Source: Octopus vulgaris
Taxonomy: Eukaryota
Assembly (NCBI GenBank): GCA_951406725.2
Contig: OX597830.1
Span: 34,348,001-34,412,000, forward strand
Length of the DNA: 64,000 bases
Reading direction: 5' to 3'
Positions 26,169-39,516 of the stretch are shown piece after piece. A model generated the notes under the pieces. The model saw only the letters and a program-made list of their open reading frames with translations. It did no database searches and was not told where the DNA came from. The first letter of the stretch is position 1. Each line of letters opens with the position of its first letter. A program made the position numbers and the translations under genes.

Positions 26169-26823
26169 CTCATCTCTCACACAGCCGAGTCGACCACTTC
26201 CTTTAGCTGGCGGCCTCCTACAAGTGAACATGCTTTTTTCCTGCGCTCTTGAATTTTTTCATCGTCTAGGCTAAAAAAAGGCCCTCGATGTTTGTTTCCT
26301 TGTCCTGTTTTTATTCTTTACTTGTACTGTATTTTTTTGTAATTGTATTTTTATTTTGTATTTGTTTTTTTTATATGTATTGTTTTTACGTCCTGTTTTT
26401 GTCACATTTCTTTCTTTCCTTGTTTTTACCCCTCTGCAAAAGAATTTTATTTAATTCTTTCGCAGGAAGGGCTAGTTCGACGAGTCGTGTTCTGTCCTTA
26501 CCTTCGAAACACGCATGGAGTCGAACTAGGAACAGCTGATGAAGGGGAATTTTCCTTGTATTATTTGTCTTGTACTCTGTTTTTTCATTGTTAAAAAAAG
26601 TCCGTTTCCATGTTTGTTTTTACGTTTTCGTTTCTCATTGAGTTCTACATCTATTTGTGGTGTCCTGTACTCACATATGTATATATTTATATATGCATGT
26701 ATATATACATGTAGATACGTACATATATGTATGTATGTATGCATGTATTTTATTTATTAATTTATTGCATGACTGAGCGCCCTCGCGTCGTTTCGTTTCT
26801 TTTCTGTTCTCCAAGTAAGTTTT
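25688..26823 (+). mobile_element. Non-coding retroelement with ~325-bp direct terminal repeats (pLTR/retrozyme-like)
   Basis: 25688-26013 is nearly identical to 26501-26823 (period 813 bp); CT-rich internal part; HHR core at the internal/repeat junction; solo fragment at 32190-32365. Confidence 0.75.
26472..26548 (+). ncRNA. Hammerhead ribozyme-like motif with atypical strand order
   Basis: CGUGU-U-CUGUCC ... CCUUC-GAAA-CACG ... G(G/A)ACAG-CUGAUGA-AGGGG; stems I, II and III can all pair around a canonical core. Confidence 0.55.
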
Positions 26824-26876
26824 TGTATTTGTATTTATAGAGATATAGATATATATATATATATACATATATATAT

Positions 26877-26945
<69 letters not shown>

Positions 26946-27342
26946 GGGAGAGAGAGAGAGAGCGACACACACACACTTGTTTATATCTTTTTTCTTGTGT
27001 GTCTGTGTGAATGTAATTTTTAATATGCGTTTGCATACATTTCCTCTCCAATCACTTCACTATCTGAGAGAAATTAACAAAGTTAGATAAATAATTCAAA
27101 ATATACATGCTGCTCTCATTCGTTACCCCATCACTTTTCCTCATTTCGTCTTTCCTCTCTCCAGCTCCCTTAATTTTCTGTGCTCGTTGTTGTTTTTGTT
27201 ATGTTATGCTCACCATACTCGATATTTTTGTAACTATTATTATTATTATTATTGATAGTATTATTTTTACATCAATAATAATGGTAATTATTGATGTTGT
27301 TAGTTGTAGTTCTAAGCAGCAGCATTACCCTGCAGTAGCAGT

Positions 27343-27374
<32 letters not shown>

Positions 27375-27654
27375 TTGATACTCATGTAATTGTGTATAAG
27401 CATTGTCAGAGTTTCTCTATTTTTTTTATCGCTCTTCAGTATTTTATTCATTTCAATTAAGAATAAAAAAATTGTAGCTATCTTAATCACGAGGCAATTT
27501 ACTTTTGCTAGTGCTAAATCCAGTGTGCCTATATAATTATACAAATATGCATACAAATATATATATATATATACATATAGATATATAAATTATACATCTT
27601 TCAACTCATATATATAGGAGTATATACGTATATATATATATATATGTGTGTGTG

Positions 27655-27736
<82 letters not shown>

Positions 27737-28208
27737 ACAGTTTGCGTTTTGATAGGATCAACAAAAAAAATACCCAGTTCAGTGATGAGAGATAAATAGA
27801 ATTTAAAAAATACAGGAGTTATACATGAACTATTTTTAATTTTATTCTCATATTATACAGTAATCTATCTGGCTTGTATAACTTACCATAAATGATTCAG
27901 TATTCCTTCAGGCTCAAATTACATTGCTACTTAATGAGGAAATGTAAGAAAACAAGAAAAAAATTAAGAAAGGTTTTAAAGGAAAGGGTGATAGGTATTA
28001 TATCTTTTTAAGTCTTTAAAAAAGAATAATGTTACTCTTGAGTTATTATTACATCTAAAATCTATGTCTAGTGGTGGTGGAGGAAAGGCATCAAGTGTGC
28101 ATTAAGTGTAAGTCTAATCTGGTGGTGTGGTGTGTCCTCCTGTTTGACAACATAAACTTATTGAGATGTACACATCTCGTATAAATTTTTGGGATTCGAT
28201 GTAGACAG

Positions 28209-28363
28209 ATGGTGCCTTCAGAGGAATGTGATGAACTGTATCAATCGTCTAAACAACATGTATACTTCACACGTTTCTATTATCAAACTGGAACGTACCC
28301 CTCTCCCAGATTACATACAGTTTCATGCACTTTTACCATTCTCTGATTTGATACCTCCAGAAG
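28209..28363 (+). CDS. Candidate coding exon (..RWCLQRNVMNCINRLNNMYTSHVSIIKLERTPLPDYIQFHALLPFSDLIPPE-G), unidentified
   Basis: Non-repetitive open frame ending at donor AAG|GTATGC; 5' boundary uncertain (weak acceptor, or ATG at 28231). Confidence 0.35.
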
Positions 28364-28654
28364 GTATGCATTTCTAGATATCAAGACACAAAATGTTAAC
28401 AATATTCTTCTTTTAACAGGTTAAATCAATGTAAATTTTCCCTACTTTATTTTAAAGCATTTCTGCCTATTCACTTATTTTTCTTTCTCATATATCTCCA
28501 TTGAATATCCATGTCATTTGAGACTGAACGATTACCAAGTTGTACATAGTGCACTATTCAAGCCTATTTGTTTACTGACAGTCTAAGCATGAAATTTGAT
28601 GTATCCCACATATAACACCAGTTTTCAAAATATTATACATACATACATACATAC

Positions 28655-29120
28655 AAGGAATACTGTAAAACGTCTGTCAAATATAAACATAACAGGCCGG
28701 ATATTGTTATTTGGAACAGAGGAGCAAAGGTGTATACCATCATATGACCTGCAGATATAAATCTCTCTTTAAAAATCAATGAAAAAGATGATATCTATGG
28801 ACAACTGCTTCGAAACCTCCAGCTTCTATATCCAGACTATGAATTCATATTCATACGAATAATAATTGGAGCACTAGGTTTTGTTAGTAGATGCATGAAG
28901 GAGAATCTGGGTAAACTGAGATTTTCAAAAAGAGAAACCGACCGGCTGATTCGTACATTACAAGTGCAATCTGTAAGTGGAACAGTAAAAATATGCAAGA
29001 CTTTTCTCAAGTTCCAAATGTGAATTTGTCTGTGTTAACTACATCCCAAAGATAGAGCCTTGTATCTTTGATGGGAACTAGCATCCTCCTCAGTGGAAGA
29101 TTTATAATTATTGAAAAAAT
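28655..29120 (+). pseudogene. 5'-truncated R4/Dong-like non-LTR element (restriction-like endonuclease C-terminus plus 3' UTR)
   Basis: KHNRPDIVIWNRGAKVYTII*PADINLSLKINEKDDIYGQLLRNLQLLYPDYEF..IIIGALGFV...KICKTFLKFQM* (stop 29021-29023): RPD...K..Y...GALG RLE signature. Confidence 0.85.
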
Positions 29121-29124
29121 TTAA

Positions 29125-29340
29125 CACATACATACATATATAAATACATACATACAAACATACATAAATGCATACATACAAAATACATAAATACATACAT
29201 ATAAACATACGTAAATACATACATAAATACATACATACAAACATACATAAATACATACATACATACATAAATACATACATGCATACATGAATACATACAT
29301 AAATACACACATGCATACATACAAACATACATACATATAT
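29125..29340. repeat. Degenerate (ATAC)n microsatellite
   Basis: Seen directly. Confidence 0.95.
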
Positions 29341-29504
29341 TCATCATCTTCCCTCGCCATCACATCTCTCTCTCCATCTAAAGTAACCATGTATCTCCTC
29401 CACTGCAAGGCACCTATTTCTGTCTCTTTATTCACACTCTAACCTCTCAACATCTGGCACAAAGCCAGCTCCCTCAATACAAATCAATCCACAGTTGAGT
29501 AGTC

Positions 29505-29716
29505 TTGGCTTGCAAGTAACTTGGTGACCTCACAATTGCTGGTGCCACATTAAGAACACCCAGTGTATTCTGTAAAATGGTCGGCATTAGGAAGGGCATC
29601 TAGCCATAGAAACCGTGCCAAAGAAGACAGCAGAGCTTGATGCAGTCTTCCACGTTGCCAGCTTCTATGAAACAGTCCAACCCATACTAGCATAGAAAGA
29701 AGACACTAAATGATGA
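29505..29716 (+). mobile_element. SINE family D
   Basis: ggcattaggaagggcatctagcc...gtccaacccatactagcatagaaa...aaatgatgat. Confidence 0.75.
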
Positions 29717-29954
29717 TAATAATATTGATATTTGCATTCATATATATGCATATATATATGAATGTGTGTGAATATACGTGGATGTGTATATGTATGTCCA
29801 TTTTGAGATTTTTGTATATGTTATATATATATATATATATTCATATGTAAGTATATACAATGTTGTTTACATATACATGTATATAGATTGATATATATGT
29901 ATCTATATATCTAAATGTATGTAGCAATGTAAGTTTAGTAATTCAGTGTCTAAA

Positions 29955-30327
<373 letters not shown>

Positions 30328-30797
30328 ACTGCATATAGGTGTCTTTATACAGAAATGTGTTGCCAATCAGATTAAGTATACAAGGTATCTCATTTTGTAA
30401 AAGTTTACACACAACCTATCCCCAGACACATATATAATCATGTGTGTGTATATACAAATATACACACATATCTTGTTTATGTGTATTTTGTGTTTGCTCA
30501 TGCATATACATATGTGTTATGTAGAATTTTAACTGGATTACTTATCCAAACCTAAAGGTTTCATGCAATCAACATTATGGCCAGCTGTACTCATCATCAT
30601 ATTGAAAAGAAATTTCCTTTCAATCCACTGATGAGTTAGTCAGTCCTAAGATAAATTGCATGAAACTTTTAGGTCTTGACATATAACCTTATTTACCTTA
30701 CATGTGCCCATCATATGTCAGAACTTTCTTCAACACAAAGGTGCACTGAGCACATAAGTTTCTTATTTTTGTTGTTGTTTTATATTGAAGGAATAAA

Positions 30798-30873
<76 letters not shown>

Positions 30874-30934
30874 CAACATAATATATTGCTTGTATATATG
30901 CATGCATAGACACATACACAATGCAAATAATTCA

Positions 30935-30979
<45 letters not shown>

Positions 30980-30999
30980 CATGCACGTTTATATATATG

Positions 31000-31032
<33 letters not shown>

Positions 31033-31055
31033 ACATACATATATATATAGACATA

Positions 31056-31115
<60 letters not shown>

Positions 31116-31881
31116 TGTATATATATACATACATATATATTTACATATATATATATATATGTTCTAATATACCCATGACACAAAAAAACCCCTAAAAATA
31201 TTAGCTATTTCAATGCTTGGGTATTCTGATTTCTTCACACATTTTGCAAGAAAATTTCTTTATTTCTTTCATGATATAAAATTTGGACATTTCCATGTTC
31301 CTGCCCCCAACCCATGAGATTTGCCTGTTCTTTTTTTGAATGATAAAAAAATTTCCAGTTTATGTAAAAAAGATTGAATAAAAGCATTTATCTAAATTCT
31401 TTTTATCTGTAGTATTACATTACTTATTCATGTATAGAATATTCTTACTTGAAAGAATGATCTGCCCTTGCCACTATAACATCGTGGTCCATTGTGTCAG
31501 AGTTTTACCTGCAAACAATGAATGCCAATACAGACATACTGGGCATTTTATTATATTAAATATTTATATATGACATCAGTCCCTCAAGGTTGATTATCTT
31601 ATGTCATGGCAATCTTTTATATAGACAGAACAAGGTAGGCTGGCTTGATTTTGTCATTTGTCAGTCTGTGAAATTTTGACCATATGAATGTGACTCAAGC
31701 AGGAAGAAATCATTTGATACATCTGTCATTGACTCTTTGGTTCTGGTGTGCAATATTCACTGAATATTGTAGTATAGAAAACCCTAAAATCCTACTGGAG
31801 AAAGCATACAAAGCGCACACAGGTACTTCATGCATACATATATATATATGTACATATAAATATATATATACACATTTACAG

Positions 31882-31942
<61 letters not shown>

Positions 31943-32189
31943 TATACATATTTATAGATATGTGTGTATGTATATATATGTATATATATATATACAAATA
32001 TATATACTTAATTATAGATATGTATGTGTGCATGTATGTATATATATATATGTATATATGTGTGTGTATATATATATATATCCACATATATATAGATATG
32101 TATGTGTGTATGTATATATATATATATATATATGTATACACACACACATATATTCATATAATAACAAATTAATAACTAAAACATATGTA

Positions 32190-32365
32190 TATATACCTAC
32201 ATATATGTACGTACCTACATCTACAGGTATATATACATGCATATATGGGTACAGGACACCAAAAAGACGTCGAACACAATGAGAAACGAAAACATAAACA
32301 CAAAACCAAGGAAATGGACATTTTTCTTAAACAACGAAAAAATAGAGTACAGGACGATATAATAT
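32190..32365 (-). mobile_element. Solo fragment of the terminal repeat of the 25688-26823 element
   Basis: Reverse complement matches 26560-26730 (gtcctgtac, ttttcgtttctcattg, gtactct). Confidence 0.75.
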
Positions 32366-32941
32366 ATATATATATATGACATATAGTCATATGTATTTAT
32401 ATACACCAATATATGCATAGATTTATTAGATAAAATCTTGTAATCTGGTGATGGTTAGAGACTAAACACCAATACCATTTTTTTGTTTTTTAAAGAAATA
32501 ACTAAAAATATGCAAGCACTATATAAATATCTACGAAATATGTCATAATCTGATGCCATGCATTGAATAATTCAATTCTTTATGACACATTCCACTTCTT
32601 ACAAACGTGGACTAACATCGGTAAGCATGTATGCTCATGTGAATATGCTTGTGTGTGTTTGTATAAGTTTAAGCAGATGCAGATATTGTTAACAATTGGT
32701 TAAAATCACCCATGGGTTTTTGTTTATGTAGTTTAGAACAACTTAAAGTGGGACATGTCAATCATATTCCTTTTTTTATTGCTATATACTTACACACACA
32801 CACACACACACACAACACACACACACACGCACACATACATACACATACGCACATATATACTTCAGTGAGGGATTTATAATTTTGAAGTAGTTTGACTTTC
32901 TGACTTTCGGAACATTTTATATTTGACTTTTTATTTTTTTA

Positions 32942-33450
32942 TTCTTTTACTTGTTTCAGTCATTTGACTGTGGCCATGCTGGAGCACAGCCTTTTGTCGA
33001 ACAGTTCAAACCCAGGATTTATTCTTTGTAAGCCTAATACTCATTATATTGGTCTCTTTTGCCCAACAGCTAAGTTACGAGTATCTAAACACACCAACAT
33101 CGGTTGTCAAGTGATGGTGGGGGACAAACACAGACATACAAACAAACACACATATGTTTCTTTCTGTTTTCCTCCATCAAATCCACTCACAAGGATTTGG
33201 TCAGCCTGTGGCTGTAGTAGAAGACACACACCCCAGACGCCATGCAGTGGTACTGAACCTGGAACCATGTGGCTGGTAATCAAGCTACTTACCACACAGC
33301 CACAACAGTTTATAGACACAGGTGTGACTGGCTGGTTACGAAGTTCACTTTGCAACCATGCAGATATGGGTTCAGTTCGACCGTGCAGCAAGTGTCTTCT
33401 ATTATAGCCCCAGGCTAGCCGATATCTTTTTAATGTATTTGGTTGGTAAA
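32942..33450. mobile_element. Head-to-head SINE family B pair (32942-33302 minus; 33315-33450 plus, partial)
   Basis: Family B motifs in opposite orientations. Confidence 0.8.
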
Positions 33451-33459
33451 AATTTTTAA

Positions 33460-33615
33460 TTTTTGAGAGCAGTCACGTTCATTTCTAGTTTTCTAGTTTG
33501 TGAGAGCAGTCGAGTTTATTTCAGGTATTCTCATTTAAAAAATCCTCTCTGGCTAATCGTTGAGAGGATGTTGGTGTTGCCTTGGCAAAGATTTGCCTTC
33601 TCCGAATGTCTTGTT
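33460..33615 (+). mobile_element. 3' half of the Helentron-like family seen at 22325
   Basis: gtttgtgagagcagtcgagtttatttca...ctcattt shared with 22548-22595. Confidence 0.65.
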
Positions 33616-33628
33616 AAATAGTATAATG

Positions 33629-34642
33629 TATGAGGAGGTATGAAAATGTTCCCAGACAAGTTATGTAGCACACCAACAGATGACAGCACGCCGTTGCATG
33701 TGCAATGAGAGCTAGCAGTGACCTTCATGACATCGCTGTATTTACTTCAGAAGTTGTGAAATTTTGGGGTTTTTTTGTGATCACATGTATGTTGCGCTCT
33801 GCAGTTTTTGTCATGGACAGGAAGTTGGAACAAAGAGCTAACTTAAATTTTTGCATTAAACTTAAGAAGTCTGCTACAGAGACATTGAGCAGTCTCTGGC
33901 AAGCATACGGGCGATGGGTTGTATGCTATATTTTGAGTGGTACGAGCACTTCAAAAGCAGATGATGGGCGATCTGGAAAACCTGCTACAAGCATCACACC
34001 CAGAAATATGGAGAAAAATTCACAATTGGTGCATGAAGACAATCAATCGGAACACAATCAACGATGCTTTGAAGCATTTGAGGGAGGTCATTTGGCAGAA
34101 ATGACCAGATCTTTGGAATGTAAAGAATTGGAACCTTCACAACGACAATGCACCTTGTCATCGAGCTTCCTCAATTGTGATTTCCTTACCAAAAACAACA
34201 TGGTGTCACTCCCACACCCACCCTATTCGCCAGATTTAGCACCTGTGGACTTACGTGTCTTCCCCAAGATGGAAAGCGGGTCAAAGGTCACTGTTTTAAC
34301 AGTAATGTCGAGATCCAAAGCAAATTGCAGAAGGTGCTTGACCAACTCACTTATGGAAAATGACTTCTAGGTCATATTCCAAAACTGACAGCAAGGCTGA
34401 GACTGGTGTAATGTTGCTCAAGGTGATTGTTTTGAAAGGTAAACAAGTTATTTTTTAATTAAATATAACTATAAATATAGGCGCAGGAGTGGCTGTGTGG
34501 TAAGTAGCTTGCTTACCAGCAATATGGTTCTGGGTTCAGTCCCACTGCATGGCACCTTGGGCAAGTGTCTTCTACTATAGCCTCGGGCCAACCAAAGCCT
34601 TGTGAGTGGATTTGGTAGATGGAAACTGAAAGAAGACCATCG

Positions 34643-34739
<97 letters not shown>

Positions 34740-34974
34740 TTGTGTGTCTGTGTTTGTCCCCCGAACATCACTTGACAACCGATGCTGGTGTGTTTATGTT
34801 CCCATAACTTAGCGGTTCAGCAAAAAATACAGATAGAATAAGTATTAGGTTTACAAAGAATAAGTCCTGGGGTCGATTTGCTTGACTAAAGTCGGTGCTC
34901 CAGCATGGCCACTGTCAAATGACTGCAACAAGTAAAAGAGTAAAAGAGTCCGAGAACTTTGATAACACCTTGTA
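33629..34974 (+). mobile_element. Mariner transposon remnant interrupted by a SINE
   Basis: MDRKLEQRANLNFCIKLKKSATET.., DDGRSGKP, HNDNAPCH, LPHPPYSPDLAP.D motifs; TA-flanked imperfect TIRs at 33629 and 34950-34974. Confidence 0.9.
34478..34948 (+). mobile_element. SINE family B, full length, nested in the mariner
   Basis: Complete head, (TA)n(TG)n core and aaaagagt tail. Confidence 0.93.
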
Positions 34975-35132
34975 GTTTTCATCAACTAAATTCACTTACA
35001 AAGCATTGGCCAGCTCAGAACTACTACAGAAGATACTCGCCTAAGGTACTATGCAGTAGAAATAACAAAACACTTGTCAAGGTTGCCATACACAATGTGT
35101 AATCAGAGCACAAAAGTGTTTGTGTCTATGTG

Positions 35133-36020
35133 TACGAGGTCTGATCGAAAAGTATTGGGGATGGTGTTATAAAAAAAAAATTATAACACATACCAATTCA
35201 GCATTTAATCTCCCTCAAAGATGTTCCTTTCTGAAGCCATGCACGTTATCCAGGATCATTTCCATTGATTGAAGCATTCCTGGAACTCCTTGTTTGGACT
35301 GCATTGCAGTCTCTTGGGTTTCCTCGATGGCTTAAAATCTCATCTCTTTGAATTGGTGTTCATTATTTCGAAAGTGGGGAAAAGACACAAGGGGTGAGAT
35401 ATGTGGAATATGGTGGTTTATGGACCCGAGGAATGTTGTGCTTGGCCAAAAACTGCTGCATCCAGAAACAGCTTTGGCACAAACTTGCTAGGCACACATC
35501 TCATACTCAAATCTTCAATGAGAATAAACTGAACTGAAACATAACAAATGCTCAAATCCTCTAACAATTCACAGATTGTGATCCAATGGTCTTTCCAACC
35601 AAACAACTTCATGGACATCTGCAATGTTTTTTGTCAGTTCTGCTAGTTGTGGGTCTCCCAGAACATACATACTTGTTAATATTTTGTCAGCCATCTTGGA
35701 AACATTTGAGCCATTCATACACACACGCACCCTACCCCATACACTTTCTTCAACTTTGCACAGGTCTCTGCACAGATGTCACCAAGGATTTGGCAAAATT
35801 TGATGCAGAATTTCTCCTCAATTGTCTCAATGTGGTGACCATACTTTACACTCTTTATTTCCAAGCATTGCTATAAACAATGGAAGAGAGCAAAGATTGA
35901 TATAACTTAGTTGTGAATACATGACAGTTCAAACTCAATCTGTGCCAAGTGGTTCCAATCTACATACAATAACTCTGTTACCATAGTAATAAACCCAATA
36001 CTTTGTGATCAGACTGCATA
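35133..36020 (-). mobile_element. Mariner transposon remnant
   Basis: TIRs tacgaggtctgatcgaaaagtattggg / cccaatactttgtgatcagactgcata; ILIEDLSMRCVPSKFVPKL resembles the mariner WVP(R/K) region. Confidence 0.85.
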
Positions 36021-36199
36021 TGTAGGTGTGTGTATGTGTATGTAATCAAAGTACACAATTTTTGTGTGTATGTCATGAGGATGCAATTTGTGCTTGCGTA
36101 CTATGTAAGGACACATTTTGTTTATAAGTGTTTAATTGAGAAAGTAAAAAGGAAAATATCTTAGCCATTTTAATATTGAGCCTTTTAAAACCACTGTGA

Positions 36200-36505
36200 A
36201 TGTGCATGGTTCAGTGGTTAGAATGTCAGGCCTGCAATCATGAGGTAGTGAGTTCGATTCCTGGACTGGGCTCTGTGTCATGTTCTTGAACAAAACGTCC
36301 CTGTTCACTCAGCTGTAGAAATGAGTTGCGACGTCATTGGTGCCAAGCTGTATTGGTCTTTGCCTTTCCCTTGGATAACATTGGTGGTGTGGAGAGGAGA
36401 GGAGAGGCTGGCATGCATGGGCAACATGCCCAGACTTGCGCCTCAGAGGGGAACTTTCTAGATGCAATCCCCTAGTCATTCATGACCAAAAGGGGTCTTT
36501 ACCCT
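36200..36505 (+). mobile_element. SINE family A
   Basis: Aligns with 5659-5998, with internal deletions. Confidence 0.88.
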
Positions 36506-37360
36506 CTTTTTACTCTTTAAAACCATTAATCTTCAGATTGGCTTCTAAGGAAAAGAGCGTTTTAATATGTTCTATGCTAAGGGAAGAAAATATATTTAAC
36601 CTCTTTTTCAGTTATTCTTGAGAATGTGGTACGAAGTTGGGGCAACCTATTAGTATGACCTGATGGACATACAGACAAATATAGCTACTGAAAGTGTCTG
36701 TATATCTCATGTTATGTACATAAAATAATGTAAACAAGGAGACTTGTTATATGCCAGAAATCTATATGTCAATTGAATGTTAATTCATGTGTGTATATGC
36801 AGCTAAAAAGTAATAATTATATATGTTTATAAAGCAATTTACTAAGTAGATCATTGCATGTTTTCAGGTTTATTTTCTTGTGTTATGTGTTGGTAATGTT
36901 TTCATAATTTTATAATTTATCGATCAAAAATTTTTTAATTAAATGAGATATTTATGCCAGTCCACTTGTTTGTCTAATACAAAATCTTTCAAACAAAAAT
37001 ATTTACTTTTGCAATTTAATAGAAACTCCATTCAGAACATAATTTCTTTCATTAAACATTTTATACAAACATACTTTTAATTTTATTCCTCTGATAAAAA
37101 TATAAATGTTGGAAAACAAAAATGGAAATAAATTCCAGATAACAATAGCTATCTTAATCACCAAATCTTTTTTTGTTTTTTGTTTTTTTGTTTTTGATTT
37201 TTCCATTGAAACTACTTGATGTTAGGAAAAGAACCATGGAAACAGAGCCAAATGTGAACGTTCTTTTCTTGATCTTTATTACCTGATTGGATAAATGGGA
37301 TTATGAAAACTAAAAGGAATATAATGACATAAGTTTCACACAATTATCAAGGAATGTTAT

Positions 37361-37538
37361 AGGCACAGGGGTGGCTGTGTGGTAAGTAGTTTCCTTACCA
37401 ACCATATGGTTTCAGGTTCAGTCCCAGTGCATGACACCTTGGGCAAGTGTCTGCTACTATAGCCTCGGGCTGACCAAAGCCTTGGGAGTGGATTTGGTAG
37501 ATGGAAACTGAAAGAAGCCCATCATATATATGTATATG

Positions 37539-37611
<73 letters not shown>

Positions 37612-37826
37612 AGTGTGTGTCTGTCTGTGTGTCTGTGTTTGTCCCCCCAACATCGCTTGACAACTGATGCTGGTGTGTTTACACCCCCGTAACTTAGCTG
37701 TTCAGCAAAAAAGACCGATAGAATAAGTACTAGGCTTACAAAGAATAAGTCCTGGGGTTGATTTGCTCGACTAAAAGTGGTGCTTCAGCATGGCTGCAGT
37801 CAAATGTCTGAAATAAATAAAAGAGA
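37361..37826 (+). mobile_element. SINE family B, full length
   Basis: Conserved head, core and tail. Confidence 0.92.
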
Positions 37827-37886
37827 ATGAAACATATTTCGAATATTCACAAATATTAGAAAAAAAGAATGTTTCAGCTTTTGTAC

Positions 37887-37981
<95 letters not shown>

Positions 37982-37984
37982 TAA

Positions 37985-38330
37985 TCATCATCATCGTTTA
38001 ACGTCCACTTTCCATGCTAGCATTGGTTGGACGGTTTGACCGAGGACTGGCAGGAGGCTGCACCAGGTTCCAATCTGATCTGGCAAGGTTTCTACAGCTG
38101 GATACCATTCCTAATACCAACCACTCCAAAATGGTAATGGGTGCTATTTACGTGCCACCGGCATGAGGGTCAGTCAGACGGAACTGGCATTGACCATGTT
38201 CAAATGGTGCTTTTTACATGAAACCAACACAGGTGCCAGTCAGGCAGTACTGGCATTGACCATACTCTAAAGGTGCTTTTTACATGCCACTGGCACAGGA
38301 GCCAGTCAAGTGGCACTGGCATGGACCACA
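37985..38330 (-). mobile_element. SINE family D with three ~65-bp internal tandem units
   Basis: gtgctttttacatg...gccagtcag...ctggcattgacca repeated at ~38140, 38205 and 38270. Confidence 0.8.
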
Positions 38331-38452
38331 CTTGTATGTATATGTTTATTTATTTATGTATTTAATAATATCAAGGTAAAAAATATTTCAGAAATTTTTA
38401 CTACCAGTGGCCTAGGGTATAGAAAAATTAGTCAATAGACTATATATTATTC

Positions 38453-38626
38453 ATATAAAATACAGTGTACATTTAAACACATCAAGAGGTATCCATCATA
38501 GGAATCCCTTACGCTAGAAGGAACAGCTAAAGTGGTTTGGTTTAGACTTTAGCTGTTATTTCTAGCGTAAGAGATTCCTATGATGGATACCTCTTAATGT
38601 GTTTAAATGTACACTGTATTTTATAT
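38453..38626. repeat. 81-bp-arm inverted repeat
   Basis: 38453-38533 / 38546-38626, about 4 mismatches, 12-nt spacer. Confidence 0.95.
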
Positions 38627-39173
38627 TTATCTATCTATTTATTTATTTTCTGTCAAAATTTGCGGTCAGTCATTTGATCAGTAGTGTTATCACCGGTTCA
38701 AGATTCCACTTGGATAAACACTGATCCAAGCATCTTGACAACAGTAGCAACATATGAATAACACTGTTATTTTGATAATTATCACTTTATCTATATATTC
38801 ATGGTGACAAGATATACAAATGTGTACATATGTGTCTGTGAGTGTGCTTGTGTGTGTGCTTGTGTGTGTGCTTGTGTGTGTGTTAGTAAACAAACAAATG
38901 GAAGTAGCACTCAAAACATAGAGATGGTGTTGCATTTATTGAGTAAGAAGTTGACTTAGTGGCTTGTGTTACTTAAAGATGTGAGATATATGTCTGACGA
39001 GATGGTTGTTTTACATGCACGCAACAATTGTTTTTGTGCATTTTTCATTCTTTATGCAGGTGGTTTTTATACATGTTTGTTTATGTGTGTTTTTGTGTTG
39101 GTGTGTGCAAGTTTTAACGACTCTGTTGTTTTTTCATAAAATAAAAAGATCCAGATTTTGATCAATATATATA

Positions 39174-39516
39174 TTGGAGTGAAGACAGGAGAGGTATACA
39201 GTAACATACATCTGGAAGATCCTGGAAGGAATTGTACCAAATGTTGGCATTGAAAGCTACACAAATGCCAGAACAGGCCAATACTGCACGGTGCCAAAGA
39301 TCCCAGCAATGTCATCGCGTTTCAGGACCAGTTACTGCAACAGCCTGGGTTTCAGGGGCACACAGCTTTTTAATATTCTCCCAAAGAGCCTGAGGGACTT
39401 ACAAAAAGTGGATGTAGGTGTTTTCAAATCAAAACTGGACCTCTTCCTGTTGAGAGTCCCAGATGAACCTACCTCACAGCAAAGGTGCAAATGAGGGTAG
39501 CGACATCAAACTCCAT
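39174..39516 (+). pseudogene. CR1/L2-group LINE ORF2 C-terminal remnant
   Basis: LE*RQERYTVTYIWKILEGIVPN...NSLGFRGTQLFNILPKSLRDL...FKSKLDLFL..VPDEP. Confidence 0.85.

Noticed and set aside
30545-30647. Minus-strand splice-bounded segment
   Set aside because: Stops occur in all three frames after the acceptor
33705-34370. 221-aa ORF as a functional transposase
   Set aside because: The frame drifts in and out of mariner motifs, the catalytic domain is largely deleted and a SINE is inserted
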